Below are positions 38,700 through 52,189 of a stretch of DNA of 64,000 nucleotides, piece by piece (position 1 is the first letter of the stretch; each line of letters opens with the position of its first letter). The position numbers and the translations under genes were made by a program. This DNA comes from Octopus vulgaris. Lineage: Eukaryota. The stretch lies in contig OX597817.1 of NCBI GenBank assembly GCA_951406725.2, positions 164,362,001 through 164,426,000 of the forward strand. The letters are read 5' to 3'. The notes below the pieces were generated by a model, which saw only the letters and a list, made by a program, of their open reading frames with translations, was not told the origin of the DNA and did not search any database.

Positions 38700-38739
38700 C
38701 AGACATTTATTGCTGCTGAAAAGCTGCAATAAATGTCTG
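38700..38739. other. Short near-perfect hairpin with GAAA tetraloop
   Basis: CAGACATTTATTGC-T-GCT-GAAA-AGC-T-GCAATAAATGTCTG (14+3 bp). Confidence 0.7.
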
Positions 38740-41700
38740 TAAATCTTCCTTGCAAAGATTTGCTTTCTATTTTATAGGACGTTGACAGCAAGACTTTGGC
38801 TCACTGCAGCAGCATTCAGTGATCAGCAACAAGATTATTGTTTCAAACGGTAGAGTCTGCAGATTACCCTGTCAGAAGTAAACCATATGATGTATATGTC
38901 AGATGTATTGCCTTGTAAAGCAGTGTAACGTGAATGTATAGTGAAGGTAATTTGGTTAACATTTTACAAATCTATTTAATGAATCTTTTATTCATCCCCC
39001 TACCTCTGAGCATGTGATATTAAATATTCTCATTTAACAACTAATTCATTTCATTCACTAATTAATTTTATTGCTTTTTGTCTAAAATAGGCTTTTTAAC
39101 ACAGATTTTGGCTTTCACATATGTTTGAAATGGATGTCTGGTAGCAGGTTGAATCGGGTCTATTCTTTAATATATTCATCTTTTTTATTTTCATTTACAA
39201 TATCAATATGATGTTAGCTCCATTGTCTCTGGTAATTTAGAGAAAATATGATAATATAATAATTATAATATTTGATTGGAAGCCTGGTCGTTTTGTAATT
39301 AGAAAATATTGTTACAGAACATAGTGTTTGTTTAGTATGTTACAATACATTAGCAACCAATAAGCCCCTGTTCACTATATCATAAAATAGCACAAATATA
39401 AGACTAGTTAGTTTGTATGTGATAGCTTGATCTGCTAGAAATAACAACCAAATTTCTCTTAAATCATACTGTGTCATATTAAGAAAGGGGGAACACATTA
39501 GAACACAGCACCACTTTTAAGTTTCTCCCTTTTATTATAGTATAAATGTTTTTTTTTAATTTATACAAAGTAAACTTATAGGTCTTCCAGGTTACTTTGT
39601 TAATAGGAATTTATTGATGCAGTAACTGAAAATAAAACTTCTATTTTAAGAAATCAGCAAAAAAAGTGAAATGTTTACTTTAGGTGTAGCCGTGTAGTAA
39701 GAAGTTTGCTTCCAAACTACATGGTTCCAGGTTCAGTCTCATTGTGTGGCACCTTGGGCAAGTGTCTTCTACTATAGTCCCAGGCTGACCAAAGCCTTTG
39801 TCAATGGATTTGGTAGACGGAAACTAAAAGAGGCTTGTTGTGTGTGTGTATTTGTCCCACATCATTGCTTGACAACTGGTGCTGGTTTGTTTACATCCTC
39901 ATGAATTAGCAGTTCGGCAAAAGAGATTGATAGAATAAGAAACAGGCGGCAAGCTGGCAGAAACATTAGCATGCCGGGCGAAATGTTTAGCGGTATTTTG
40001 TCTGCTGTTACGTTCTGAGTTCAAATTCCGCCGAGGTTGACTTTGCCTTTCATCCTTTCGGGATCGATTAAATAAGTACCAGTTACGCACTGGGGTCGAT
40101 ATAATCGACTTAATCCGTTTGTCTGTCCTTGTTTGTCCCCTGTGTGTGAGTAGCCCCTTAGGGACAGTCAAGAAATAAAAAACAGGCTTAAAAATAAGTC
40201 CTGTGGTTAATTTATTCGACAGCTTTGCTGCAATCCAATGGCCAAAACAAATAAAAGTAAAAGATCCAATCCAAGTAAAAAGATAAGGTAAATTTTATTG
40301 GTTTCAGAATTTGGTACAAGGCCAGCAATTTTGGATGAATGGATTAAGTTGATTACATCGACCCATGTTTAACTGGTACTTATTTTATCGACCCCAAAAG
40401 GATGAAAAGTAAAGTTGACCTTGGCAGAATTTGAACTCAGAATGTACAGGCTGACAAAATCCCACTAAACATTTTGCCCAGTGCACTAACGGTTCAGCCA
40501 GCTCACCACCCTAATTAGATAAATTATATTAATGATTTATTATGTGGTTGATTAGTTTACTTCCCAACCACATGGTTTCAGGTTTAGTCCCACGATGTGG
40601 CATCTTGAGTAAGCGTCTTCTACTATAACATTGGACCAACTAAAGCCTTGTAAATGGATTTGGTAGATGGAAACTGAAAGAAGCCCCTTATGTACATTAT
40701 AACACTTGGAAGCAAGTATAACTGTTTGGTTAAGAAATTCACCTCACCACTAAGTTGTTCTGGCTTTGCTCCAACTACTAGATTAACCAGTGCCTTGTGA
40801 TTTAAATCTTTTAAGCATAAAATGTGCAGAAAACACATTGTGTATGTATGTGTGTGTCATCTCATCTCTTTTTTTTTTTTTTTTTTTTTTCCAGTCATTA
40901 GACTACCTCCATGCTAGGGCATCATCTTGAAAAATTCTTAGTCAAATAAATCAACACCAGTACTATTTTTTTTTTTAAAAGCTTGGTACTTATTCTGTCA
41001 ATCTCTTTTGCCGAACCGCTAAATTATGGGGATGTAAACACACCAACATTGGTTGTTAAGCAGTGGTGAGGAACAAACACACACATACAACAGGCTTCTT
41101 TCAGTTTCCAACTACCGAATCCACTCAGGCTCCAGCCAGCCCAAGGCTATAGTAGAAGATACTTGCCCAAGGTGCCATGCAATAGGACTGAACCCAGAAC
41201 CATGTGGTTGGGTAGCAAGCTTCTTATTTCTTTATTGCCCACAAGGAGCTAAACATAGAGGGGACAAGCAAGGACAGACAAAGTGATTAAGTCGATTATG
41301 TCGACCCCAGTGCGTAACTGGTACTTAATTTATCGACCCCCGAAAGGATGAAAGGCAAAGTCGACCTTGGCGGAATTTGAACTCAGAATGTAATGGCATG
41401 CAAAATATTGCAAAGCATTTCACCCGGCATGCTGACATTTCTGCCAGTTCGCCGAAGTAGCAAGCTTCTTACCACACAGCCACTCCTGCACCTATATACT
41501 TGTTTTTCTTTTCCGGACATGTCCATAGATGACCACATTATCTGATATAGCCTTTCCCTTTTTAAGACTGTTAGAATGTGATTTTTACTGCTATTTCTAA
41601 TAGACCACAGAATTTCACTAAAAGTACCAACCAAGTACTATGGTCATTGTAATCTGCTAACCCCTACCCACTTACAGATTGCTAACCTTTTGCCTAAATC

Positions 41701-42099
41701 AAACAACCATTGTTCTCTAGCCTTAGTTCAGTCCTGATTGAGTAAACCAGCTAATCAAAATATTTCAACCTCTCTGAGGCTCTCTCATTTTATATTCAGA
41801 CATAAAGCTAGTGGGACTACATTATACAATATGTCCTTCCTTTCTTTTGAAGACAATAAAATCTGATTTGAAGAAGAATATCACTGCTGTTTCTGACAGG
41901 CTGTGTAATCTAACAGAGACTTCCTTCATGAATGCTTACTTTGATTGCTATGTGTTCTACTTGCATTTTATTATGCTGATTCCTTTGTAATTAGTATATC
42001 TTTTGTTGCGTAGAAGGTTATTGTAAATTTCTTTATTCAACTTCCATTATTGTGTGCTGAGAATATAAAATAGATTATGAGATTTTTATTATTTTTGTA

Positions 42100-42618
42100 A
42101 TACATACACACATACATACATACATACATACACACATACATACATACATACATACATACATACATACATACATACATACATACACACATACATACACACA
42201 CACATACATACATACATACATACATACATACATACATACATACACACATACATACATACATACATACACACACACATACACACACACATACATACATACA
42301 TACATACATACATACACACATACACACATACACACATACATACATACACACATACATACATACATACACACATACACACATACATACACACATACATACA
42401 CACATACATACACACATACATACATACACACATACATACACACATACATACATACATACATACATACATACATACATACACACATACATACATACATACA
42501 TACATACATACATACATACATACATACACACATACATACATACACACATACATACACACATACATACATACATACATACATACATACATACATACATACA
42601 TACATACATACATACATA
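42100..42618. repeat. (TACA)n/(CA)n microsatellite, ~520 bp
   Basis: Direct inspection. Source of the MYVC pseudo-ORFs. Confidence 0.97.
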
Positions 42619-43563
42619 CCTGTGTGATGTTTCTGCTAAAATGATTAATTCATTCAATAGATTTCACTTGAATTTATATGTGCTTTTATTTTTGTTATTG
42701 TATTAGTGATCCTCATATTTCTCTATATTCATGGCTTTGTCCTTTCATGAACTTAATTATGTCTTTTTTTTATGTCTTCATTACTGTAGAAGTTTGACTG
42801 TCTTTTCCACCTTGTGGCTAGAAGTTTTATATTACATTTCCAAGAAACATGAATTTTCGTCATCAAACAGCTGATAATTGCTTTTTTTTTTTTGTTATGT
42901 TCAAGTAAATGAATACCATTAAGCCACATGTTAATTTAGTTTGCTATAAGCTGTGGGTAATACATAATGAATCATTGTGTGTGTGTGTGATTATCATCAT
43001 CCTTTAGTGTCCACTTTTCTATGCTTACCTGGATCAGATAAAGTATATTGAGGCAGGTTTTCTACAGCCAAATACCCTTCCAATTGCCAACCCTCACCTG
43101 TTTCCAAGCAAGATAATATTTCCCATTGCCAGACATGTTTTTCATTGAGAACTGGAAATGAAAAACATTGCTTCTATGACAGTGATGTTCATTTACAATC
43201 ATTACATTTATCAAGACAAGGGTACACCCAAACACACACACAATCTATGGGCTTCTTTCAGTTTTCATCTATCAAATCCACTTGCAAAGCTTTGGTTGGC
43301 CCAGGGCTATTGTAGAAGACACACATGCATATACACACTCACATGTACTTTTGAAGACTGAGAACCCGGAAGGATCAAAAACTATCTAGTAATTGTGCAA
43401 AAGAGTTTGGTTAATGGTGACACCAGAAAACTTTCATCAACCTACAGGCCCAGTATTTACCATCTAGATAAATTCTAGATTGGTGTCTGGAACAGGATAA
43501 CCTCATGGGCATATAGCTGCTGATAAACTATTTAGATGAAAAACTCCAAGAAAATCTTGGACT

Positions 43564-43974
43564 GGGATCTTTTCGGTTTGAACAGCAGTTTTTTCTAGCG
43601 GTGTCATATGAAATTGTCACCCATAATTACGACCCTAGTATCAATCTATTGCATTTCAATCTGTTTTAGGGTTAGGGGTGGGCGGAAGGGTATCTTTTTT
43701 TTCTTGCGAAATGTAAATAAACCCAATCTGTTTCTTAAACGAGGGACATTCATACGGCACAATGTTTCCACCTCAATAGACGTCATTGATTGGTTGAAAT
43801 TGCAGAAATTGAAGAAAAACAACAACAAATATCTTGCAAACTATAGAATTTTCTCAATAAAGCCAAGAGAAAAAAGATGTTTTATAAACATATTCTACCA
43901 GTATACAAAGTTTAAAAGTGTTTATTTACGTGGAAATTATTTTAAAAAACTGCCGGTCAAATCGAAATGATCCC
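43564..43974. mobile_element. GGGATC-TIR MITE, copy 3
   Basis: Same TIRs, with TTGGACT duplicated on both sides. Confidence 0.88.
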
Positions 43975-44219
43975 TTGGACTGTATGGCTAAGAAGTTCAC
44001 ATTGTAGTCACGTAATTTCTAGAGCAATCCCACTGCGCTGCTGTGTTGTATCGGATATATCATATATTGTATCTAATTTATCTTGCCGTGTTTGTCATGT
44101 ATGGTGTATTGCATTATATCTTACTAATATGTTGTTTCTTTTAACTTACAGATATTTGTAGTAACTGACACAGTTCCAGTATTGAAGTTATTCAAGTAAG
44201 TAGATATCTTTTTACCATT

Positions 44220-44492
44220 GTTTACATTATTTACATTTGACAGATATTTGTCCTCATCTTGTTTGTTAACACAACGTTTTGGCTGATATACCCTCCAGCT
44301 TTCCTCTGGGGAAATTTCGAACCTGGTTTCTCATTCCTAAGATATTTTTCGATGTTATTATTGCTATTATTATTCAGGTCACTGCTTGAAATCGAACTCA
44401 GAATCTTGGGGTTAACAACAAACAAGATGAGGACAAATATCCATCAAATATAAATAGTGTACATAATTCCTCATCTCTTAAATATAGAACTG
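44220..44492 (-). mobile_element. Truncated copy of the tRNA-headed, hammerhead-tailed element with an inverted end
   Basis: Homologous to 50631-50965, with the hammerhead core damaged by deletion. The termini are ~50 bp inverted repeats. Confidence 0.7.
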
Positions 44493-44911
44493 TATTATCT
44501 TTTTACTAATCTAGTATTTTGGATAATTTTTTTTGTTTTTAATATAGCAACTTGACTTAGAGATTTAGTCAAAGTTGTGGAAACAAACTTGATTGGAGAA
44601 CTAAATATTTTTGTAGTTTTATGAATATATTTGTCCTGTTTTTATGTCATTTATATTTAGAAGCTCTGAGAGAAAATCATTATGTAAGCTTTTTAAGCTT
44701 TTATTATTGTGTTGTTTCTATCTTGATGTAGTCTGTAGAAAGACAGTGAAATAGCAGTGACTGATGTGTTTGGGCATAACTAATTTATATATACAGGGTA
44801 AATGTTTTTTAAATTTTCTCCTGGTTTACTGAATTAACTTTTATTTGCGGTTGAAGCTTTGGCTGTTATTTCTAGTGGGTGAATGGCCTATTATGGCCGT
44901 TCCTTTATTGT

Positions 44912-44948
<37 letters not shown>

Positions 44949-45659
44949 TATTCCATGGACATTCATTGAAGCTAACAATAAAACTGTCTGTCCTTCAAAT
45001 TCGGATGGAGAAAGAACAAGTTTTCTTCAGTTGATTGTTTGTTCAAGCTGTTTACTACTTCTTTCCACTAGCATTGTACAGCAAGTTAGCTACACAATTA
45101 GCATAACTTTTCCCAATTAGCAAGTTATCAAAACCCAGCTAGCAACATTGGTGCAACACTTTTTTTCTTTTTCAGATTACTGGTGTCCTCATCATGTCAA
45201 ATGTCATTTGAAACTTTTTGTATTATTTTGAAAATGTAAACAATTATTCCTTGCAGCAACTGTTGATGCCTGCTATTGTACACTATTGCCCTTTCTTTTT
45301 CCTCTCACAGCTGCCAACCTCATTGTTGGCAACACCATGCACTGACACACTATTAACCTCTACTTTCTTCCCAAGATCCATAAGGCCATCACCTCTGCTC
45401 ATCTTATTGTTTCTTCCTGCAGTTACCCTATGCAACTAATCTTAACCCTTTCGTTACCAACCCGGCTGAAACCACCTCTGGCTCTGAGTACAAATGTCTT
45501 ATTTTCATAAGTTTTGAATTAAAATCTTAGTCACAATTTATGTTCCTAACACTAGCTGAATGATAACTAAGTTATTTTACTAAATTCTTTGTTATATTTA
45601 AAATAATTGAAAGAAACACAGAGCATCTCAACAGAAATATGGAACTGAAAGGGTTAAAC

Positions 45660-46170
45660 TACCTAGTTCAATTCTTGTCATCTTCGATAGCATCCTTCAC
45701 TCATATCCGTGACACCAACCTTGCTTTCTACCTCTTCAACTCCTCTTTCCCCTGCTCAGTCTCCCACAGTTATTTTCTACCATGGCTTTTGAATTCTTCT
45801 ACACCATCATTCCTCACCTCGATGTATCTCCTAACCTCAAATACTTTCTCAAACACCACATCCTGCTCAAGATCACCATCCTTACTCTCCTTCACCCAAC
45901 AAAACTCATCTTTACACTCAACTGTTTCACCTTTTCTCAGAAGTTTTACCAGCAAGTTACTGGAATGGCTGTAGGTGCCATGAAGGGACCCATCTTATCA
46001 GCCTGTTTCATTAACTTGGGAGCTCATATCTTAACTTGTTTCACCACTCCACTACAGAGCTATACAGTTATTACATCAATGACTGTATTGACACTTCCTT
46101 GCTTATCCATGTACTATTCACCACCTTCATTTCCTTCTTCAGCTCCTACCTTGCTATAGAATTCACAGTA
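45660..46170 (+). mobile_element. Penelope-like element RT fragment
   Basis: ORF 45782-46159 contains LIFTLNCFTFSQKFYQQVTGMAVGAMKGP, matching the PLE RT motif 'N.F.F...FY.Q..G.AMG..MGP'. Confidence 0.7.
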
Positions 46171-46209
46171 CTGATTTATTTGACACCAGATGTTTCCATA
46201 TTTTTCTAG

Positions 46210-46450
46210 TTCTCTCTTTCTTCTCACTTCTCTCCTCTCTTCTCTCCTCTCTCTCTCTTCTCTCCTCTCTCCCTCTTTTCTCTTCTCTCCCACTCTTCTC
46301 TCCCACTCTTCTCTCCCACTCTTCTCTCCCACTCTTCTCTCCCACTCTTCTCTCCCTTCTCTCATCTCCCTTCTCTCATCTCCCTTCTCTCATCTCCCTT
46401 CTCTCATCTCCCTTCTCTCATCTCCCTTCTCTCATCTCCCTTCTCTCTTC
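46210..46450. repeat. CT-rich simple and tandem repeats
   Basis: (CTTCTCTCCCACT)n and (CTTCTCTCATCTCC)n units. Confidence 0.9.
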
Positions 46451-46871
46451 TCAATTAAAGATGTGATTTTCTCTATCCATATTTTTGTTATTATACATAT
46501 ATATATACCTGTTGAGTCAAAACCAAAATCGTAGCTGTGGCCAGTGCCCCCTGACTGGATCCTGTGTCGGTGGCACGTAAAAAGCAGTATCTGAACGTGG
46601 TTGATGCCAGGTCCGCCTGGCTGGCTCCCATGCCGGTGGCATGTAAAAAGCACTATCCGAATGTAATCGATTCCACAGCCGCCTAACTGGCTTCTGTGCC
46701 CATGGCACATAAAAAGCACCCACTACACTCTCGGAGTGGTTGGCACTAGGAAGGGCATCCAGCTGTAGAAACATTGCCAGATCAGATTGGAGCCTGGTGC
46801 AGCTACTGGCTCTCCAGGCCTCAGTCAAGCCGTCCAACTGATGCCAGCATGGAAAACGGACGTTAAATGAT

Positions 46872-46925
<54 letters not shown>

Positions 46926-48989
46926 GTATATTTGCCATGTAAGTGTGGCTAACCACTAAGGGTGGATGCTACTGTAGCTTGTAGCCCCAGGAGAACATCT
47001 TCTCCAGCTGGCTATTGACACACTTTCTGTGCCCTATCAGTATTTACAAAGGGAAGCCATCCTTCCCATTGTCGACCTGACGTGATATGCATGGACCCGG
47101 GTTTCTGGGTATTTACCCGTCGTCAGCGCACACACACACACACTTTTACATATACACTGACTATCCTATTTCTTTTCAAGTATAACTGATGTTTACTCTT
47201 CTCTTTGCCAGAAGCCACATACCATGCCTTTTCTATTCCACCATTCTTACCGTGTTTTGTTTTATAATATACATTTTTTTTTCTCTGGTTATTCTCCTTT
47301 TTTTTTTGTCTCTTTATCTGTCTTGGCAAAGGACAATTTGTCAAAAACGTCAGTATCTCTTCCTTTTCTTCATTGATTTTGTTGTGGTTGGTTTTCATTT
47401 TTTTTCTTAAACTTTTATTTACGTAATTTGCCTTCTAAATATCATCTGTGATATATGTTGATCAATCATTGTATGACTTCATTTGAAGCACAAGGACACA
47501 TACACATGTGTGTGTGTACAAATACATATGACGTAGATAAACAGTTATGACCTGAAACCAGGTGAAAACTTGTGTGTAGATTTGGTATTGAAACATTAAT
47601 GCAAACACACACACACACAAGCACACACTGACTACATGCTGGATGTGAGAACTAACAAAAGAACCTTTGTCGTTTGTTCAACCTGCTAGAAATACCTGCT
47701 GTGGCTACCTCAAATTATATCTTACCATCTAAAAAAAGAAAGGTATATTGGACAAATTAGTCCTGGATATACGAAAATGTTGGGTCATGGTTGGAACATA
47801 TTTAATCATAGATTGTACCTAATTAGGGTTGACTTGGCTACTAAATAACAATATACTTTTATTCTCTTACTGGCTTCATTCATTGGATTGCAGCGTCGCT
47901 GGGGCAGTACTTTCAAGAGTTTAGTCAATTATATTGGCCCCAGTACTTATTTTAAAGTCTGTTACTTATTTTATTAATTTCCATTTGTCAAACGGCTATG
48001 TTATAAAACATAAACACAAGGACACAATTGTGTGTGTGTGTGTGTGTGTGTGTGGTGGGTTTTCTGTACTGTTTCTGTTTACCAAATTTTGCTCACAAGT
48101 TATTAGTCACTGAGGCGATAGTAGATAACACTTACCCAAAGTATCATGCATTAGGACTAAAATCGTATAAAAAAAAAAATAATAATAATGAAATTATTGT
48201 ATACAGTGCTCAGGTGCACCACAACTTGTCAAAAGTGCGTATAAAGCATATGCAGTAATGCACAAATGTCTGAGAAGTGAACAGTGTATGAGTCAGATAT
48301 AGTTGTGAAGCTAATTTCTTAACCTAACAGTAACATCATCATAAACCTCTTTCAACACATTCTTCAATGTTAAGTGAGCAACTGAAGAATATACTTAACA
48401 GCACCAGAAAATAATCTCTAAACATTTCAAGGAATTAGAACCATGTTTTTATTATCTTCTTATCAATTCATGAAGTGTCACAGTTCAAAATATATCACAT
48501 TTTCTGCCTATATATGCTAACAGTTTCTCATTGAAACACTACATTACGATTCATTAATGAGACACCATTTATTAATTACCATTCATTGATAAGGCAGTAA
48601 GCTGGCAGAATTGTTAGCACGCCAGGCAAAATGCTTAATTGTTTTTCGTCTGTCCTTGTGTTCTGAGTTCAAATTCTGCCAAGGTTGTCTTTGCCTTTCG
48701 TCCTCTCAGGGTCAATAAATTAAGTACCAGTTGCATATTGGGGTTGATCTAATCGACTGCCCCCCCCCCCCCAATCAAATAAATTTGGGGCCTTGTTCCT
48801 AGAGTAGAAAAGAATTGTTAGCATACTGGGCAAAATGCTTAGTGGTATTTTACCTGTCTTATGTTCTGAGTTCAAATTCCAACATGGTCGACTTTGCCTT
48901 TCGTCCTCTTAGGGTCGATAAAATAAGTACCAGTTAAGCACTGGGGTCAATGTAATCTACTGTGCCCCAAATTTCAGGCCTTGTGCCAA

Positions 48990-49400
48990 AATAAAGGATT
49001 AGTAAGACACCTGGGTTTCATCTTCGGAATTAAGATGTTGGGGTTTCTCCAAAGAGTTTCTGGAGTAATGTTACTCAATAGAATGTATAGCTCTAAGATC
49101 AGGAAGTCTTTCCAGATTGAACCACTACTGCTTTGCATTGAGATCTTACAGCTCCAACACCACAGACGCGATTAGAAGGCTTCAGAAAAACATAAGATAG
49201 ATTCTTCAAGCCTAGCTAACCCTTAGGAGACAAGAGCATGAAAGTTTGATAATATCCATATGTTCAGTTGGTCAAGCTTGGGAATCCGGCAGAAAAGTGA
49301 AATGATGATTGTCTCCAATGGGCCCCTTATGAATAAGGTGCCTGAGAACTCTACTTTCACAACCCTTCCAAGAATAGTAGGCAGCAAAGATGGGTGGATG
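48990..49400 (+). mobile_element. RTE LINE C-terminal relic
   Basis: FLQRVSGVMLLNRMYSSKIRKSFQIEPLLLCIE resembles the RTE ORF C-terminal region. Confidence 0.55.
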
Positions 49401-49791
49401 GATTTTTTCTAAAGCATTACAAACCATCCTCAAGGCTTAGGTATACTCTACATGGATTATTATATAGCTAATTGTATTCAATTATATTCTTCTGCTTAAA
49501 AGAAAATGCTCCTTGCCTAATAGACACAAACATCCTCCAATAATCAGTCTCTCATTAAACTAAATCTTTTTTTTTTTCTTCTGCTTATTATATACCTACC
49601 ATTATTTTATACTCTTCTGAACCAATTTCAGCTAAAATTATCTTGATGCACTCGCCTCTCCTTTTACTATCAACTTCACTATCTCACCTTCTAAAGGCAC
49701 TTGCCCAAGGTGTCACATAGTGGGACTGCACTCTGAACCATGTGGCTAGGAAGCAAACACCTTTAATTTGTATTTGTTGAAGTGGGAGAAT

Positions 49792-49832
<41 letters not shown>

Positions 49833-50114
49833 TTTCCTATCTTTTCTGTAATAGATTTGTGACTATTCGGTGGTACAGAAGTATTTTTTGACTTCTATCA
49901 TTAGCGATATAGGTACTCGTGTAGTACCCTTGTGTATATATGTACATATCTAATATTGTATGTATATATTTTATTAATTTGCCTGTATGGCTGATAATTC
50001 GCTTACCACTTGTGATGGTATTTTAATAATATACCATACCTATATATGTGACCTCGTGTGTACCGTTGGCGATTTTTTCCCTCTGTCTTCCCTTCTCTGG
50101 ATCTTTCCTTCTAT

Positions 50115-50149
50115 GTTTCCGACGAAGAGCTCCGCTCGAAACATTAAAC
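50115..50149 (+). ncRNA. Degenerate minimal hammerhead motif (second copy of the 22819 family)
   Basis: GTTT-CCGACGA-A-GAGCTCCGCTC-GAAACATT-AAAC, with a U4C change. Confidence 0.5.
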
Positions 50150-50238
50150 CCTCCTTCTTTCCTGAGCGTCCAATAATACTATATTTGTTCCATGTCCTCG
50201 TGTTGTTGTGTTTTTTTTTTGTGCTTTCTTGTTTGGAT

Positions 50239-50289
<51 letters not shown>

Positions 50290-50630
50290 CGTAGGATAAG
50301 ATTTTTTCGAAAAAAATTTTATCAATGGTCAGCATATTAAAAAATACCTTTAAAAGTTAAATTATAAACAACTTATCCGTTATGTCAGTTGTGTAATGTA
50401 TTGGTGCAAGGTACATAACTCTGCTCGCACAAATTTGACCACTTGATTCGAATTAACTCCCATTAATCAACCGACGGAAACAGTTTCCATTTGTACTTCA
50501 GAGTCGATGCTTTATTACCCTCAGTTTCTCCAAGTTATATTTGAAATGGAAGATGCAGTGGTGTAGGTAGTGGAGGAAATGCTGTCCAAGTTAAATTACT
50601 GAAAAATGGATGAGAGTAACATGCATGGCC

Positions 50631-50965
50631 TACATTATTTACATTCGACGGATATTTGTCCTCATCTGTCCTCTGTGTTTAGCCCCTTGTGGGTAGTAAA
50701 GAAATAGGATATTTGTCCTCATCTTGTTTGTTGTTAACACAACGTTTCGACTGATATACCCTCCAGCCTTCTTCAGGTGTCTTGGGGAAATTTCGAACTT
50801 GGGTTCTTATTCCTAAGGCATTTTTCGATGTTATTATTATTGTTGTTGTTATTGTTCAGGTCACTGCTTGGAATCGAACTCGGAATCTTGGGGTTAGTAG
50901 CCCGTGCTATTATCCATCAAATGTAAATAATGTACATAATTCCTCATCTCTGAAATGTAGAAATG
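50631..50965 (-). mobile_element. tRNA-headed short element carrying an intact minimal hammerhead, with an inverted terminal repeat
   Basis: Minus strand has a tRNA-like head with B box GAGTTCGATTCC (~50910-50858), an (AAC/AAT)n linker, then the hammerhead at 50781-50736. TACATTATTTACATTCGACGGATA and TATCCATCAAATGTAAATAATGTA are inverted ends. Confidence 0.7.
50736..50781 (-). ncRNA. Minimal type I hammerhead ribozyme (canonical core)
   Basis: GACAC-CTGAAGA-A-GGCTG-GAGGGTATAT-CAGTC-GAAA-C-GT-T-GTGTT, with a loop-less ACGT stem III. Confidence 0.75.
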
Positions 50966-51799
50966 TATGGCCTAGTTGAATGGGACTGCTTTAACATATG
51001 GTTGCAGGCCGGAGATTACAACTGGGAAGAGGAACTTACCCGTAGTTGTCAGAACATTTTCAAATCTGTAGCATTTCTCGATTGACCCCTTCTGGAACCA
51101 TATTGTTCTACCCAATTTTATTTTTTATCTTTTTTTTTTTGTAATACTTTGTTTTATCACTTGGTTAAGTGGCTAGGGTGTTCAGCTGATGGTCATAAAG
51201 TTCGAGTTCAATGCCCCGCGGCACACTATATTCTTGAGCAAGACACTTTGTTTCACATTTCTCCAGTCCATTCAGCTGACAAAAATGAGTTGAACCTGTA
51301 TTTCAAAGGGCCAGCCCTGTCACATTTAGTTTCCTGCTGAATCTCCATGAGAACTATTTTAAGGGTGCACATGTCAGTGGAGTGAACTTCCATTTACACA
51401 TTAATTCCACGAGCATGCTGTTCCATTAATCAGATCAACTGGAATACTCATCGTCGTAACCAATGGAACACTGCCAAACCCATATACCTTAACTTGATCA
51501 CAGCTGTAGTTTGTTGTTATAATGTCATCTATTGTCTTGGATTATAAAAGTAATGGTTGTGTAAAGGTAACTTTTATGGTTACTCTTTTACTATTTTACT
51601 TGGTTCAGTCATTTGACTGTAGCCATTTGACTGTAGCACTGCCTTTTTTAGTCGAGCAAATCGACCACAGGACTTATTCTTTGTAAGCCTAGTACTTATT
51701 CTATTGGTCTCTTTTGCCGAACCGCTAATTTACGGGATGTAAACACACCAGCTTTGGTTGTCAAGCGATGTTGCGAGGACTAACACAGACACACACATA

Positions 51800-51861
<62 letters not shown>

Positions 51862-52115
51862 CACACATATGCGACAGGCTTCTTTCAGTTTCCGTATACC
51901 AAATCCATTCACAAGGCTTTGGTCAGCCCGAGGCTATAGTAGAAAACACTTACCCAAGGTGCCATTTAGTGGGACTGAACCTGGAACCATGTGGTTGGTA
52001 AGCAAGCTACTTACCACACAGCCACTCCTGCGCCTAGGTTGTTCAAATCATAGAGATCACTCATATCATCAGTATGAGGATGGAGTGGGTCTTGTGCTGT
52101 TACTAATTTAGTTTT

Positions 52116-52189
52116 AGAATCTAGCTACCGGCTAGTAGAGCACAAGACTCTTAATCTCTGAGTCATAGGTTCATGCCCCATGTTAAACA
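52116..52189 (+). pseudogene. tRNA-Lys(CTT) pseudogene or tRNA-derived SINE head
   Basis: CTAGCT...GTAGAGCACAAGACTCTTAATCTCTGAGTCATAGGTTCATGCCCCATGTT aligns with the eukaryotic tRNA-Lys-CTT consensus. It shows CpG-type decay and a broken acceptor stem. Confidence 0.7.

Noticed and set aside
42037-42657. MYVC-repeat ORFs in three frames
   Set aside because: They are translations of the (TACA)n microsatellite.
52116-52189. Functional tRNA-Lys gene
   Set aside because: The acceptor stem, D arm and T loop are disrupted, so it is kept only as a pseudogene.
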